IMG/VR virus record: IMGVR_UViG_3300007712_000002 | Coordinates: 28,504-92,503 of that record | Source: a virus | Direction: 5' to 3' (one strand) | DNA: 64,000 bases | Part shown: one piece after another, positions 20,002 through 29,200 of the stretch | Layout of the letters: each line of letters begins with the position of its first letter | Position numbering within the stretch: position 1 is the stretch's first letter | Position numbers and translations under genes: made by a program | Notes under the pieces: generated by a model | Told to the model about the DNA's origin: nothing | What the model saw: only the letters and a program-made list of their open reading frames with translations | Database searches by the model: none

Positions 20002-20339
20002 TGCGAGCACACGAGCTGTTTGATAGTGATTATAACGAGGATCTCCGTTCAGAAGTAATCACTCTGCTCACAGCCGTAAGTGCTGAAGGAATAGATCAAG
20101 TTAAAACTCAAAACTTGTTAATTGATCTCGAAAACCAGGGTTATGCAGTTGATGAGCAAAGTTTGCTTGAACTTCTCAATACAATGGAAGTGGTTGCGAC
20201 TGCCAACAGTGATACAATTGAAATTGCCACAAGCGATGCGGACGTAATGGTCGGCCAGGATGCAGATGAAATTGAGCAAGACCGTGTTGATAATTTGGCT
20301 ACTAATCAAGCAACAAAAGACCTGGGAGACGAAATATGA
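20001..20339 (+). CDS. Acidic hypothetical protein
   Basis: MRAHELFD start; coupled ORF. Confidence 0.7.
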   Translation: MRAHELFDSDYNEDLRSEVITLLTAVSAEGIDQVKTQNLLIDLENQGYAVDEQSLLELLNTMEVVATANSDTIEIATSDADVMVGQDADEIEQDRVDNLATNQATKDLGDEI

Positions 20340-20590
20340 ACGATTTGAATAGGATGAGACAGCTAGCTGGAGTCAGAGAATGGGATGATGAAGGTGAAGA
20401 TGAATTTGACGGTTCACAATCACTCTGGTTATTGCAAGTATCAGTTAGGCATGAAGGAACATATTTTGCTGGGATTTATTCATCACGAGAATTAGCATGG
20501 GATGCATCTGAAAGACTTGATTTAAATAACGACGAATCTGTTAATGTAACACAAGTTACACTTGATGCAGAACCCGAAACCCTTTACTAA
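20336..20590 (+). CDS. DLNRMRxLAG-motif small protein
   Basis: MNDLNRMRQLAGVRE. Confidence 0.65.
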   Translation: MNDLNRMRQLAGVREWDDEGEDEFDGSQSLWLLQVSVRHEGTYFAGIYSSRELAWDASERLDLNNDESVNVTQVTLDAEPETLY

Positions 20591-20599
20591 GGAAGATAT

Positions 20600-21229
20600 A
20601 TGGCATATGATTTAACTGCAACCCAAGCCCGCACAGTGTCAACCACAGACCTAGTTATCTACAACGAGATTGACACAATTAGTCGAGCAATTATGGCCGC
20701 TGCACTAACAGGTGAATTAAGCACCACAGTAGATGACGGGACCACAATGACAGAAAGCACACCTACTATTACTGTAACCAGTTCTGGTGCAGGTGCCTTT
20801 ACACCAAGTGAAACCATTGTGCTAGCAGGTTCAACAATTACACTTGGTGATGGTAGTGGTGACGGCACAAATGTCTACCAGGCAACAGCAGATATTAATG
20901 CCGCTGATATTACTGGTCTTACAGCTACAACAGATGGAAGCGAAATTACACTATCATATGAACCACCCCAAGCAACCTGGGGAATAACACTGGCAGAAGG
21001 ATCAGGCTCTGCATTGGCAGATTTGGGCTTTACAGCAGGATCAGAAAGTCCTGCAACACCAGAGAGCGTGGATTATTATAGTGTGTGGAGTGGCGTAACA
21101 GAAGACAGAAAGAAATCATATGAGCTTGCACAAGTTGTAAATCATTTTCAGAATCTAGGATATAATATCCTTGCTAAAAAGAACACAACCACAGCATCGA
21201 GCGTTATTAAATGGGAGATATATTGGTGA
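20600..21229 (+). CDS. Structural protein (T/G/A-rich)
   Basis: Composition and late-operon context. Confidence 0.65.
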   Translation: MAYDLTATQARTVSTTDLVIYNEIDTISRAIMAAALTGELSTTVDDGTTMTESTPTITVTSSGAGAFTPSETIVLAGSTITLGDGSGDGTNVYQATADINAADITGLTATTDGSEITLSYEPPQATWGITLAEGSGSALADLGFTAGSESPATPESVDYYSVWSGVTEDRKKSYELAQVVNHFQNLGYNILAKKNTTTASSVIKWEIYW

Positions 21230-21531
21230 TGGATATTAATAGACTGAGACAACTTTCTGGTATGGCAAATAATCCAAAGCCTGCTATTTTTGAAAGTTTT
21301 GATGAGAATACCAAAATAGCTATTGAGAGAAATAAAGGTCGAATAGGCCAACCAGTTCTTGGTCCAAAAGAAAATGAATTACCCAACACAATGGTGCTAT
21401 CTAATGATGGAAATATTATAGCAGTGTCAGCTTCGGGTGGCGCAACTATTGTAATTTATGACACGCTTCTTGAAGAAAAGGAAGATATTTTCTTGCCTGA
21501 CGAGGCAATTCGCGCACTCGTTAACATGTAA
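21229..21531 (+). CDS. MDINRL-motif small protein
   Basis: MDINRLRQLSG. Confidence 0.7.
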   Translation: MDINRLRQLSGMANNPKPAIFESFDENTKIAIERNKGRIGQPVLGPKENELPNTMVLSNDGNIIAVSASGGATIVIYDTLLEEKEDIFLPDEAIRALVNM

Positions 21532-21559
21532 TCAAACAAAGACTTAAAAAGGAAAGATA

Positions 21560-21781
21560 ATGGATATTAACAGATTAAAGAAGCTCAGTGGTTTAACAGA
21601 AAGCGTGGACCTTGAAGAGCAGGTAGGAAATGAAGGCCTCCTTCGTGCAGCATTGCAATGCTTACAGGCTTGCAAAGAAGGCGATACATCAAGTTGTGAT
21701 GAAGTTATTTCAGCTATCGAGTTTGAGCTTGACGGTCCTGAGTATTACGATCCTTATCCTAATATGGATCATCGTTATTAA
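21560..21781 (+). CDS. MDINRL-motif small protein
   Basis: MDINRLKKLSGLTES. Confidence 0.7.
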   Translation: MDINRLKKLSGLTESVDLEEQVGNEGLLRAALQCLQACKEGDTSSCDEVISAIEFELDGPEYYDPYPNMDHRY

Positions 21782-21796
21782 TAGGAAGATAGTAAA

Positions 21797-22048
21797 ATGA
21801 ACATTAACAGATTAAAAAAACTAGCAGGCATGTTAACTGAGTCAATCGATGGTGAGGAAATCGGAGAACATCTTATTGAAATTTCAGAGCATATAGACTA
21901 CACAATTTCACATATAAATCAACTTCATAATCAAATTATTGGAGATGATCCAGAAGCAGATGCTATTTTAGCTGAAGTCTTGGAAACGATGAAAAACCAC
22001 GAAATAAAAATACGCAGGCTTGCAGAGTCTAGAATGACAGGAATTTAA
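21797..22048 (+). CDS. MDINRL-motif small protein
   Basis: MNINRLKKLAGMLTES. Confidence 0.7.
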   Translation: MNINRLKKLAGMLTESIDGEEIGEHLIEISEHIDYTISHINQLHNQIIGDDPEADAILAEVLETMKNHEIKIRRLAESRMTGI

Positions 22049-22058
22049 GGGCAATATA

Positions 22059-22301
22059 ATGGATATTAATAGACTAAGAGCACTTGCAGGCACAGAAGTT
22101 AGTGAAGCTCGACCACGCCGCGGCGAAGTTGGTGCTATGAGCCAAGAAGAAATCACTGAATATGTCTCTGAAGTTGCAGCACTTGTAAACCAGGCAGCAG
22201 ACAAGTTAGAAAGGATCACACCAGAGCTAGGCCTTGATGCCGACGCTGATGGTATTATCCCAGAAATGCGCCGTATTGCAAAAGAACTAGGGAGCATATA
22301 A
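22059..22301 (+). CDS. MDINRL-motif small protein
   Basis: MDINRLRALAGTEVSEA. Confidence 0.7.
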   Translation: MDINRLRALAGTEVSEARPRRGEVGAMSQEEITEYVSEVAALVNQAADKLERITPELGLDADADGIIPEMRRIAKELGSI

Positions 22302-22615
22302 TGGATATTAACAGATTAAGAAAACTAGCAGGCATGATAAATGAGTCAGCTCAATTTGATGAAGATACAAGAAAGATGACGAATGAATTGCATCGCATGA
22401 TGGACGAGGGTGAAATTGATCCGCGCACAGTTGCAGATGCGGCACTCATATATATGAGCGAAGATGAAGTTGCAGACATGATGCACTCCAACGAAATGAT
22501 GCCATATGATTCATACGACGATGAAGATGAAGATGAAGATCCAGATTATTTCGACGACCTTGATGCTGGTGATACTGAAATGGATCGCCGTTCAGACCTA
22601 CGTAGAGGATGGTAA
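22301..22615 (+). CDS. MDINRL-motif small protein
   Basis: MDINRLRKLAGMINES. Confidence 0.7.
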   Translation: MDINRLRKLAGMINESAQFDEDTRKMTNELHRMMDEGEIDPRTVADAALIYMSEDEVADMMHSNEMMPYDSYDDEDEDEDPDYFDDLDAGDTEMDRRSDLRRGW

Positions 22616-22617
22616 AA

Positions 22618-22863
22618 ATGGATATTGATCGACTAAAACAACTATCAGGATTGAATGAACTTGGTTATGACAGCCCACCTGGTCGCGGCAAGCCTATGGG
22701 CGTTGAAGAAATCAACGCCAAAGTTGAAGCTGCAAAAGACAAGGCAATGGACCTCGCACGTGACCTTGAAGCACTGGCCCCACATCTTGGGCTTGACGAC
22801 GCAGAGGTCCGTGAGATGAGCGATTGGCTAGCAGGACTAGCTGGCGATTTGGATAGTATTTAA
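22618..22863 (+). CDS. MDINRL-motif small protein (paralog of 22059)
   Basis: MDIDRLKQLSGLNE; shares LE...P.LGLD...EM...A..L.SI with 22059. Confidence 0.7.
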   Translation: MDIDRLKQLSGLNELGYDSPPGRGKPMGVEEINAKVEAAKDKAMDLARDLEALAPHLGLDDAEVREMSDWLAGLAGDLDSI

Positions 22864-22906
22864 GATTTTTCTAGACTTTTCAACATTTTACATGTAATAT
22901 GGTGGT

Positions 22907-23584
22907 ATGATTGTTGAAAAATTCCCTTATCAAGAAATCAAACGCAAGCGCGTTGAAGGCAAGCGACTCTACGATACCGAGAGTGGCTTTCTTCCTTCTG
23001 TAACAACTATCCTTGACAAAACCAAACCAGCTGAAGCAGTTCGAAAGCTTAACGAGTGGCGACGACGTGTAGGGCAGGAAGAAGCCCAACGCATCACAAA
23101 CGAAGCTGCTAACGTCGGAACTCTTATGCACGGGTTCCTAGAGGAATGGTTACTGACTAACGACTTCAATGCCGGCAAAAACATGCCAAACATAGTGGCA
23201 AAGAAAATGGCTGAAACGGTCATTGGAAACATACAAGACGATTTAGACGAAGCTTGGGGCACAGAAATTGGTCTTTACTATCCTGGGCTTTACGCAGGAA
23301 CAACTGACCTCGTAGGTGTATGGAAAGGCCGCCCAACCATCATGGATTTCAAGCAAACAAATCGTCCTAAGAAGCGTGAATGGATCGAAGATTATTTCAT
23401 GCAAGGCGCAGCATATGGCCAAGCCCATAACGCTCTTTTTGATACTGACATTGAAAATGTCGCTATCTTTATGTGCTCACGCGATTGTGAGTTTCAATTA
23501 TTTGAGCTTGATCAAAACGAGTTCAAAGAGTATAGTGAAAAATTTGCTTATCGAGTGGGCAGATTTTACGAACTCGATAAATAA
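22907..23584 (+). CDS. PD-(D/E)XK exonuclease
   Basis: LPSVTTIL, GT.MH..LE, AGTTDL, IMDFKQ, Q..AY. Confidence 0.85.
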   Translation: MIVEKFPYQEIKRKRVEGKRLYDTESGFLPSVTTILDKTKPAEAVRKLNEWRRRVGQEEAQRITNEAANVGTLMHGFLEEWLLTNDFNAGKNMPNIVAKKMAETVIGNIQDDLDEAWGTEIGLYYPGLYAGTTDLVGVWKGRPTIMDFKQTNRPKKREWIEDYFMQGAAYGQAHNALFDTDIENVAIFMCSRDCEFQLFELDQNEFKEYSEKFAYRVGRFYELDK

Positions 23585-23671
23585 AAACAAGCGGGATAGA
23601 CGCAACATATAGTGTCATTAATACACTATGAGCGCACTATACGTTGTTGAAAAACAATATTAGTCAACACT

Positions 23672-24184
23672 GTGGAACAACTGAACATTAGTCAGTTACG
23701 AAATTTGTGGTTGCGTTCACCCGATGAACGTCTAGCAGGTTGGAGAGAGTTTAGGATTGAACTTCAGTCCTCGTATGACCTATACGAGGCAAACGGCACT
23801 GACGCGGATGACAAAATCCTTCTGTCTTGTCTACAAGCTATTAGCACGTGGTGGGAACAAACACCGCTTGTTAGCGTAGCTATTGATCCGTTCGATTCTA
23901 GCTCATGGCCAACTGTCTGGGAAATCATTGATCAAGGTGAATGCTGTAAGTATAGTAGAGGCCTTGCAATGGCGTATAACATGCATTATATGGATACAAA
24001 CGTCAAAATCACCCTAGACCGGGTGCACGACCTCACCTTCAATGACGAATACATGATTGCCAATTTTGGTGACAAGTATGCCTTGAACTCACTACATGGA
24101 CAAATTATAGACCCTCATGTTGACTCTTTGGATATAAGAGAGTCGTGGGACATACAACGATCTCTCCTAGAAAATCAATACTAA
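23672..24184 (+). CDS. Hypothetical protein
   Basis: 170-aa ORF. Confidence 0.7.
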   Translation: MEQLNISQLRNLWLRSPDERLAGWREFRIELQSSYDLYEANGTDADDKILLSCLQAISTWWEQTPLVSVAIDPFDSSSWPTVWEIIDQGECCKYSRGLAMAYNMHYMDTNVKITLDRVHDLTFNDEYMIANFGDKYALNSLHGQIIDPHVDSLDIRESWDIQRSLLENQY

Positions 24185-24197
24185 ACAACAGGAGAAC

Positions 24198-26411
24198 GTG
24201 ATGAAAGATATCGATACCCGTGCCCTTATGGGAGAAGCCAAATTCTATGAAGGATATAGTCGCTGGGATGATGACTTAGGCAGGTATGAAACATGGGAAG
24301 AAAGTGTTGCCCGTGTTATGAATATGCACCGTGAGTTTTACAAAGACAATATGACAGAAGAGTTGTCATTGCTCATTGATGAAGCAGAGGCACTTTACAA
24401 ACTCAAATATGTGTTAGGTGCACAACGAGCACTTCAATTTGGTGGTGAGCAGATCCTCAAGCACCAGATGCGTATGTATAATTGCACTTCGTCGTATGCT
24501 GATCGCCCAGCTTTTTTTGGCGAACTATTTTACGTTCTCCTATGTGGAGCGGGCGCGGGTTTCTCAGTTCAGAAACACCACGTTGCGAAGTTGCCAAAAG
24601 TGGCGCAGCGCAAGGGCCAAGCCAAGATCCACGAAGTAGAAGACAGCATTGAAGGCTGGGCTACAGCACTAGACGTCCTCATGTCAAGTTTCTTTGAAGA
24701 TGGCGGCAAGCACCCAGAATATATAGGTCGTCGAGTTTATTTCGACCTCAACAAAATACGTCCTCGTGGCGCAATGATCTCAGGAGGATTCAAGGCACCT
24801 GGTCCAGAGCCTCTACGCAAGGCACTTGACAAGATCGAGCATCTTGTGCAAGGTGCAGTGCTAGCAGGTCGCAACACACTCAAGCCCATTGAAGTGTATG
24901 ACATTTGTATGCACGCCGCTGATGCTGTTCTAGCCGGCGGTGTTCGTCGTTCAGCCACCATCTGCTTGTTTAGCCCTGATGATCGTGAAATGATCGAGGC
25001 AAAAACAGGCGACTGGTATATCCGTAACCCGCAGCGTGGACGTTCAAACAACAGCGCAGTGATTGTGCGTAAACAAGCAGACCGTGAACAGTTTTCAGAA
25101 ATCATGAAGAGCATTCGCCAATTTGGAGAACCAGGTTTTGTGTTTACTGAAAGCACAGAGCATACATACAATCCTTGTGTTGAAATCGGCAAATATCCGG
25201 TCCTCATTGAAGGCAAGAAAAAGCGCAGCGGCTGGCAAGGCTGTAACCTAAGTGAACTTAATGGCGCCAAAGCGACTACTAAGGAAGAGTTTCTCAAAGC
25301 TTGCCGTGTAGGTGCTATATTGGGCACCCTGCAAGCAGGTTACACAGATTTCAAATTCCTTGATGAAACCAGCAAGAAGATTTTTGACCGTGAAGCACTT
25401 ATTGGAGTGAGCATTACAGGGTGGATGAACTCACCAGACGTCTTGTTTGATGAAAAGATCCTCAAAGAAGGTGCAGAGCTTGTCAAGCGTGTCAACCGTC
25501 AGGTTGCCAAGCTACTAGGAATCAATCCAGCGGCGCGAACAACATGTGTCAAGCCAAGCGGTAACGCTAGTGTTCTCCTAGGCACATCAAGTGGTATTCA
25601 TGGTGATCATTCACCTAGATATATTCGTCATGTTCAAATGAACAAAGATACGGAAGTTGCACAACTATTTGCCAAGACCAATCCATATATGGTTGAGGAA
25701 AGTGTCTGGTCAACAAACAACACTGACTATCAGATTGCTTTCCCAGTCATTGCCCCAAAAGAGTCGCTGTTCAAGCGAGACCTCTACGGCGTTAACTTGC
25801 TTGACAAAGTCAAGCTTGTTCAAAATAGCTGGGTTGAGTATGGCACAGACGAGAGTCTTTGTGTCGACCCAACAGTGCGCCACAATGTGAGTAACACAGT
25901 TCAGGTTGCAAACGATCAATGGGATGAAGTTGAAGAATATTTGTTCACTAACCGTGATAGTTTTGCGGGTATCAGTTTTATCTCTGTTAGTGGTGACAAA
26001 GACTTCAACCAAGCACCATTTACAGAAGTTCTGACTGAAGAACAGATTGTTGCAAAATATGGAAGAGCAGCTATGTTTGCCAGTGGATTGATTGTCGAGT
26101 CAACCAAAGGGTTTGGAGATTTGTGGTCAGCAACATTTGCAGCACAACAAGACCAAGAGCAACGAGGCGAACAAGCTGACCTAGGTGCTGAATGGACCCG
26201 ACGTTTCAAGAAGTTCTCCAACAATTATTTTGATGGTGATGAAAAGAAGGCTGAGTATTGTCTCAAAGATGTCTACTTGTTACACAAATGGACAAAAATC
26301 CAACAAAACATGCAGCCAGTTGATTTCTTGACAGGCCTATCTAAGAAAATGTATACTGACATAGATCAAATGGGCGCTCAAGCTTGCGCGGCAGGAGGTT
26401 GTGAGATTTGA
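24198..26411 (+). CDS. nrdJ: Ribonucleotide reductase, class II (B12-dependent)-like
   Basis: YNC, GGVRRSA, NPCVE, GCNL, TTCVKPSG, C-terminal CAAGGCEI. Confidence 0.85.
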   Translation: MMKDIDTRALMGEAKFYEGYSRWDDDLGRYETWEESVARVMNMHREFYKDNMTEELSLLIDEAEALYKLKYVLGAQRALQFGGEQILKHQMRMYNCTSSYADRPAFFGELFYVLLCGAGAGFSVQKHHVAKLPKVAQRKGQAKIHEVEDSIEGWATALDVLMSSFFEDGGKHPEYIGRRVYFDLNKIRPRGAMISGGFKAPGPEPLRKALDKIEHLVQGAVLAGRNTLKPIEVYDICMHAADAVLAGGVRRSATICLFSPDDREMIEAKTGDWYIRNPQRGRSNNSAVIVRKQADREQFSEIMKSIRQFGEPGFVFTESTEHTYNPCVEIGKYPVLIEGKKKRSGWQGCNLSELNGAKATTKEEFLKACRVGAILGTLQAGYTDFKFLDETSKKIFDREALIGVSITGWMNSPDVLFDEKILKEGAELVKRVNRQVAKLLGINPAARTTCVKPSGNASVLLGTSSGIHGDHSPRYIRHVQMNKDTEVAQLFAKTNPYMVEESVWSTNNTDYQIAFPVIAPKESLFKRDLYGVNLLDKVKLVQNSWVEYGTDESLCVDPTVRHNVSNTVQVANDQWDEVEEYLFTNRDSFAGISFISVSGDKDFNQAPFTEVLTEEQIVAKYGRAAMFASGLIVESTKGFGDLWSATFAAQQDQEQRGEQADLGAEWTRRFKKFSNNYFDGDEKKAEYCLKDVYLLHKWTKIQQNMQPVDFLTGLSKKMYTDIDQMGAQACAAGGCEI

Positions 26412-27208
26412 CCGGAGATGTTATTCATTCAGATGCTGTTACAACAATGCGACAGCATCTGAATGATAATTCGATTGATCTTGTTTTGACCAGTCCGCCT
26501 TATGATGATTTGAGAACATACAATGATTCAATACAGTGGAGTTGGTCGGTTTTTGAAGAATCTGCCGCTGACCTAACGAGAGTAATCAAACCTGGCGGCG
26601 TGATTGTTTGGAATACAGGCGATCAAACTATTAATGGTAGTGAAACAGGAAACAGTTTTAGACAAGCATTGCATTTTAAAGACCAATGCGGATTGCGACT
26701 TCACGACACTATGATCTGGCAAAAGAGCAATTTTAGCAATCCAAGTCGCAATCGTTATCACCAGGTATTTGAATACGTTTTTATATTGAGTAAAGGCGCA
26801 CCAAAAACATTTAATCCCATCATTGATCGCAAAAATGTCTATGGAGGTCAACCTGGATCATTTGGTGAAAATACGGTTACAAATCGTGATGGCAGCAAAA
26901 GTGTTCGTGATCGCAAAATCAATCGCGAGTATGGTATGAGGCATAATGTATGGATTGTAAATACTGCTGGACAAGAACGAACGGCGCGGCGCTGGGGTCA
27001 CCCAGCCATGTTTAGTCTCGAATTTGCTATGGATCAAATGCGTTCGTGGAGCAACCCTGGTGATCTGGTTTACGATCCTTTTGGTGGTAGTGGCACTACA
27101 GCAGAGGCAGCGATACGTCTTGATAGAGATTTTGTAATCAGTGAAATTGATCAATCATATTGTGAGATCATAAAGGAAAGAATTGATGCTACATTACGTA
27201 AAGGGTGA
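26408..27208 (+). CDS. DNA methyltransferase, N4-C/N6-A beta class
   Basis: TSPPY...HPAMF...DPFGGSGTT. Confidence 0.9.
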   Translation: MTGDVIHSDAVTTMRQHLNDNSIDLVLTSPPYDDLRTYNDSIQWSWSVFEESAADLTRVIKPGGVIVWNTGDQTINGSETGNSFRQALHFKDQCGLRLHDTMIWQKSNFSNPSRNRYHQVFEYVFILSKGAPKTFNPIIDRKNVYGGQPGSFGENTVTNRDGSKSVRDRKINREYGMRHNVWIVNTAGQERTARRWGHPAMFSLEFAMDQMRSWSNPGDLVYDPFGGSGTTAEAAIRLDRDFVISEIDQSYCEIIKERIDATLRKG

Positions 27209-27617
27209 TGTAACCGATGCAAAACAACAGGTCGTTGCCCACGGCGTGAATTGTTCCGGCGGCTTTGGTAGTGGCGTTGCTGGCGCTATTCGCCGTAAAT
27301 ATCCTGAAATACGAGAAGCATATATCAAACACGAACCCAAAATGTTGGGAACCTGTCAATTTGTTGAACATGCTGATCGCATCTGGGTAAATGCATTTAC
27401 TCAACAAAACTACGGCTATGATGGTGCACAATATGCTGACCTCACAGCCGTTGGACTTTGCTTTGCTGAGATCGCAGACTATATGGACGAGCATGGCCTT
27501 GTAACTATTGCCATGCCAAAAATTGGCTGCGGACTTGGAGGACTCGACTGGGATCAAGTAAGTGTTCTAGTTGAAGGACTATTTGAAGACCACGAGGTCT
27601 ACGTTTACGAACTATAG
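27186..27617 (+). CDS. Macrodomain (ADP-ribose processing) protein
   Basis: KGD, HGVNC.GGFGSGVA, MPKIGCGLGGLDW. Confidence 0.88.
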   Translation: MLHYVKGDVTDAKQQVVAHGVNCSGGFGSGVAGAIRRKYPEIREAYIKHEPKMLGTCQFVEHADRIWVNAFTQQNYGYDGAQYADLTAVGLCFAEIADYMDEHGLVTIAMPKIGCGLGGLDWDQVSVLVEGLFEDHEVYVYEL

Positions 27618-27626
27618 GAAAATAAT

Positions 27627-27902
27627 ATGTCAGAAACTATTATATGGAGCAAAAATGGCTGCCCATATTGCGATCAAGCTAAAGTATTGCTTGATGGTTC
27701 GGGTATTGAATATCAAGAGCGCAATATTAGTGAACAACCAGAGCTAAGAGAAACACTACTTGAAACACTGGATCAGGTCAATCCTGGTGCACCAAAAACT
27801 GTCCCGCAAATCTGGCTGCATGGTAAGTTTGTTGGAGATTATCGCGCTCTTTGTCAATATTATGAAGATCACAATATGTGGTCTGGAAACACAGGAGTTT
27901 AA
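27627..27902 (+). CDS. Glutaredoxin
   Basis: CPYC and TVPQI. Confidence 0.9.
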   Translation: MSETIIWSKNGCPYCDQAKVLLDGSGIEYQERNISEQPELRETLLETLDQVNPGAPKTVPQIWLHGKFVGDYRALCQYYEDHNMWSGNTGV

Positions 27903-28232
27903 ATGTTAACACCAAAGATAAATGAAGTTGTAACCCTCAAACTTGTTTCAGGGGAAGAAGTAATAGGATATTTTGTTGCTGAAGACGCAGAATCAATTGT
28001 TTTGCGAAAACCACTGGTTCCAGTCGCAACAGGACAAGGGTCAATAGGACTAGCGCCTTTTGTGATGTCAAGCGACTACCTCAAACCAGGTGCGAATGTA
28101 GATATCCCTTTCAATAAACAAACTATTATTTCCACTGTGCCTACAGAAAAGCAATTTGCTGACGCTTATACACAACAAGTAAGCGGTATTGATATGTCGG
28201 CATCTGGAAAGCCAGGACTGATTACTACATAA
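27903..28232 (+). CDS. Hypothetical protein, possible Sm-like fold
   Basis: TLKLVSGEEVIG. Confidence 0.6.
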   Translation: MLTPKINEVVTLKLVSGEEVIGYFVAEDAESIVLRKPLVPVATGQGSIGLAPFVMSSDYLKPGANVDIPFNKQTIISTVPTEKQFADAYTQQVSGIDMSASGKPGLITT

Positions 28233-28252
28233 ATACTCCGTGAGGAGTATGT

Positions 28253-29200
28253 ATGAACGTTCCAGTCCATCGCAATACAGACAGTCGTATTTGCGGCGCA
28301 TCAACAACAGTTAAAGGACAGAGCAATGTCTTCGTGAATAATCTGCTTGCAAGTGTGCAAGGAGATACCAATACTCACGGCGGCGGAGCTCTTTCTGCAT
28401 CTGTAAATGATGGAACAGTGTTTATAAATGGCGTCAAGGTCGTTTTACAAGGCAGTGCTGCTTCTCCAGACAGTCTATGCCCGCCCCGTGGTCAACCACA
28501 TTGTAACCCTCGAAGCTCTAGCGGTAGTCCAGACGTTTTTGCATGTAACGGCGTAGCAGGTGGTGGAACGGGGAGCTCTGGGGCAGGCGCTGGTGGACGC
28601 GATCAAGCAGCGGACAGCACTACCCAAGCACAAGGCCAGGCGCCTGATCCCAACGCTACACCAGAAGAAGATCTGGCTGATGATTATACAGATCCAAATG
28701 GTGAAAAATCATTTGATCGCTCAGCCTTTAGTGAAGAAGATCTTGCACGTATCGATGAATTAGAAAGTGATCCGGCTTGGCGTAGTGAATTGGAAGCATT
28801 GGAAGCAAAGTATCCAAACTTGGATCGAACCGAGCTATACCAAATTGTAAATGGTGAAAGCGACTTCGATCCACAAGCAACAAACCCGAGCGGTGCAACT
28901 GGACTCTTCCAGCTGATGCCTGACAGCGCTCGTGAGATTGGATACTCTACTACTCAGATTTATAATCAGACACCAGCGCAGCAACTCAATACCTATGGCA
29001 AGTATCTGGACCGTTGGAATTACAATTCCAACAATTCTTTGGGTATGATGCAAGCCGCCCCTGCTTATGCAAGCAGAGCTCCAAACGAAGTTGTTTATGG
29101 TGTAAACAGTGCGGCTTGGAAACAAAATCCAGGCTGGCGTTCTAGTAGAAATGGACCGATCACTGTGGGAAGCATTAACGACTATTATAGGAAAACCTGA
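28253..29200 (+). CDS. PAAR-like spike-tip domain fused to lytic transglycosylase
   Basis: N-terminal CGA....GQ.NVFVN...HGGG; C-terminal ESDFDPQATNPSGATGLFQLMP (SLT motif). Confidence 0.8.
   Translation: MNVPVHRNTDSRICGASTTVKGQSNVFVNNLLASVQGDTNTHGGGALSASVNDGTVFINGVKVVLQGSAASPDSLCPPRGQPHCNPRSSSGSPDVFACNGVAGGGTGSSGAGAGGRDQAADSTTQAQGQAPDPNATPEEDLADDYTDPNGEKSFDRSAFSEEDLARIDELESDPAWRSELEALEAKYPNLDRTELYQIVNGESDFDPQATNPSGATGLFQLMPDSAREIGYSTTQIYNQTPAQQLNTYGKYLDRWNYNSNNSLGMMQAAPAYASRAPNEVVYGVNSAAWKQNPGWRSSRNGPITVGSINDYYRKT

Noticed and set aside
21229-22863. Recurrent ATGGATATTAA(C/T)AGA.T repeats resembling a CRISPR or DGR array
   Set aside because: Repeats vary at synonymous positions and start in-frame ORFs of 220-315 nt, so this is a protein motif. 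No cas or reverse transcriptase gene is present.
22907-23584. Cas4-like nuclease suggesting a CRISPR system
   Set aside because: Ordinary phage PD-(D/E)XK exonuclease; no array or other cas genes seen.
1551-25327. Long minus-strand ORFs (1551-2210, 2164-2691, 24737-25327 and similar)
   Set aside because: Antisense shadows of well-supported plus-strand genes.
24198-26411. Intein or intron in RNR or the helicases
   Set aside because: Lengths and motif spacing are normal, and no splice motifs were seen.
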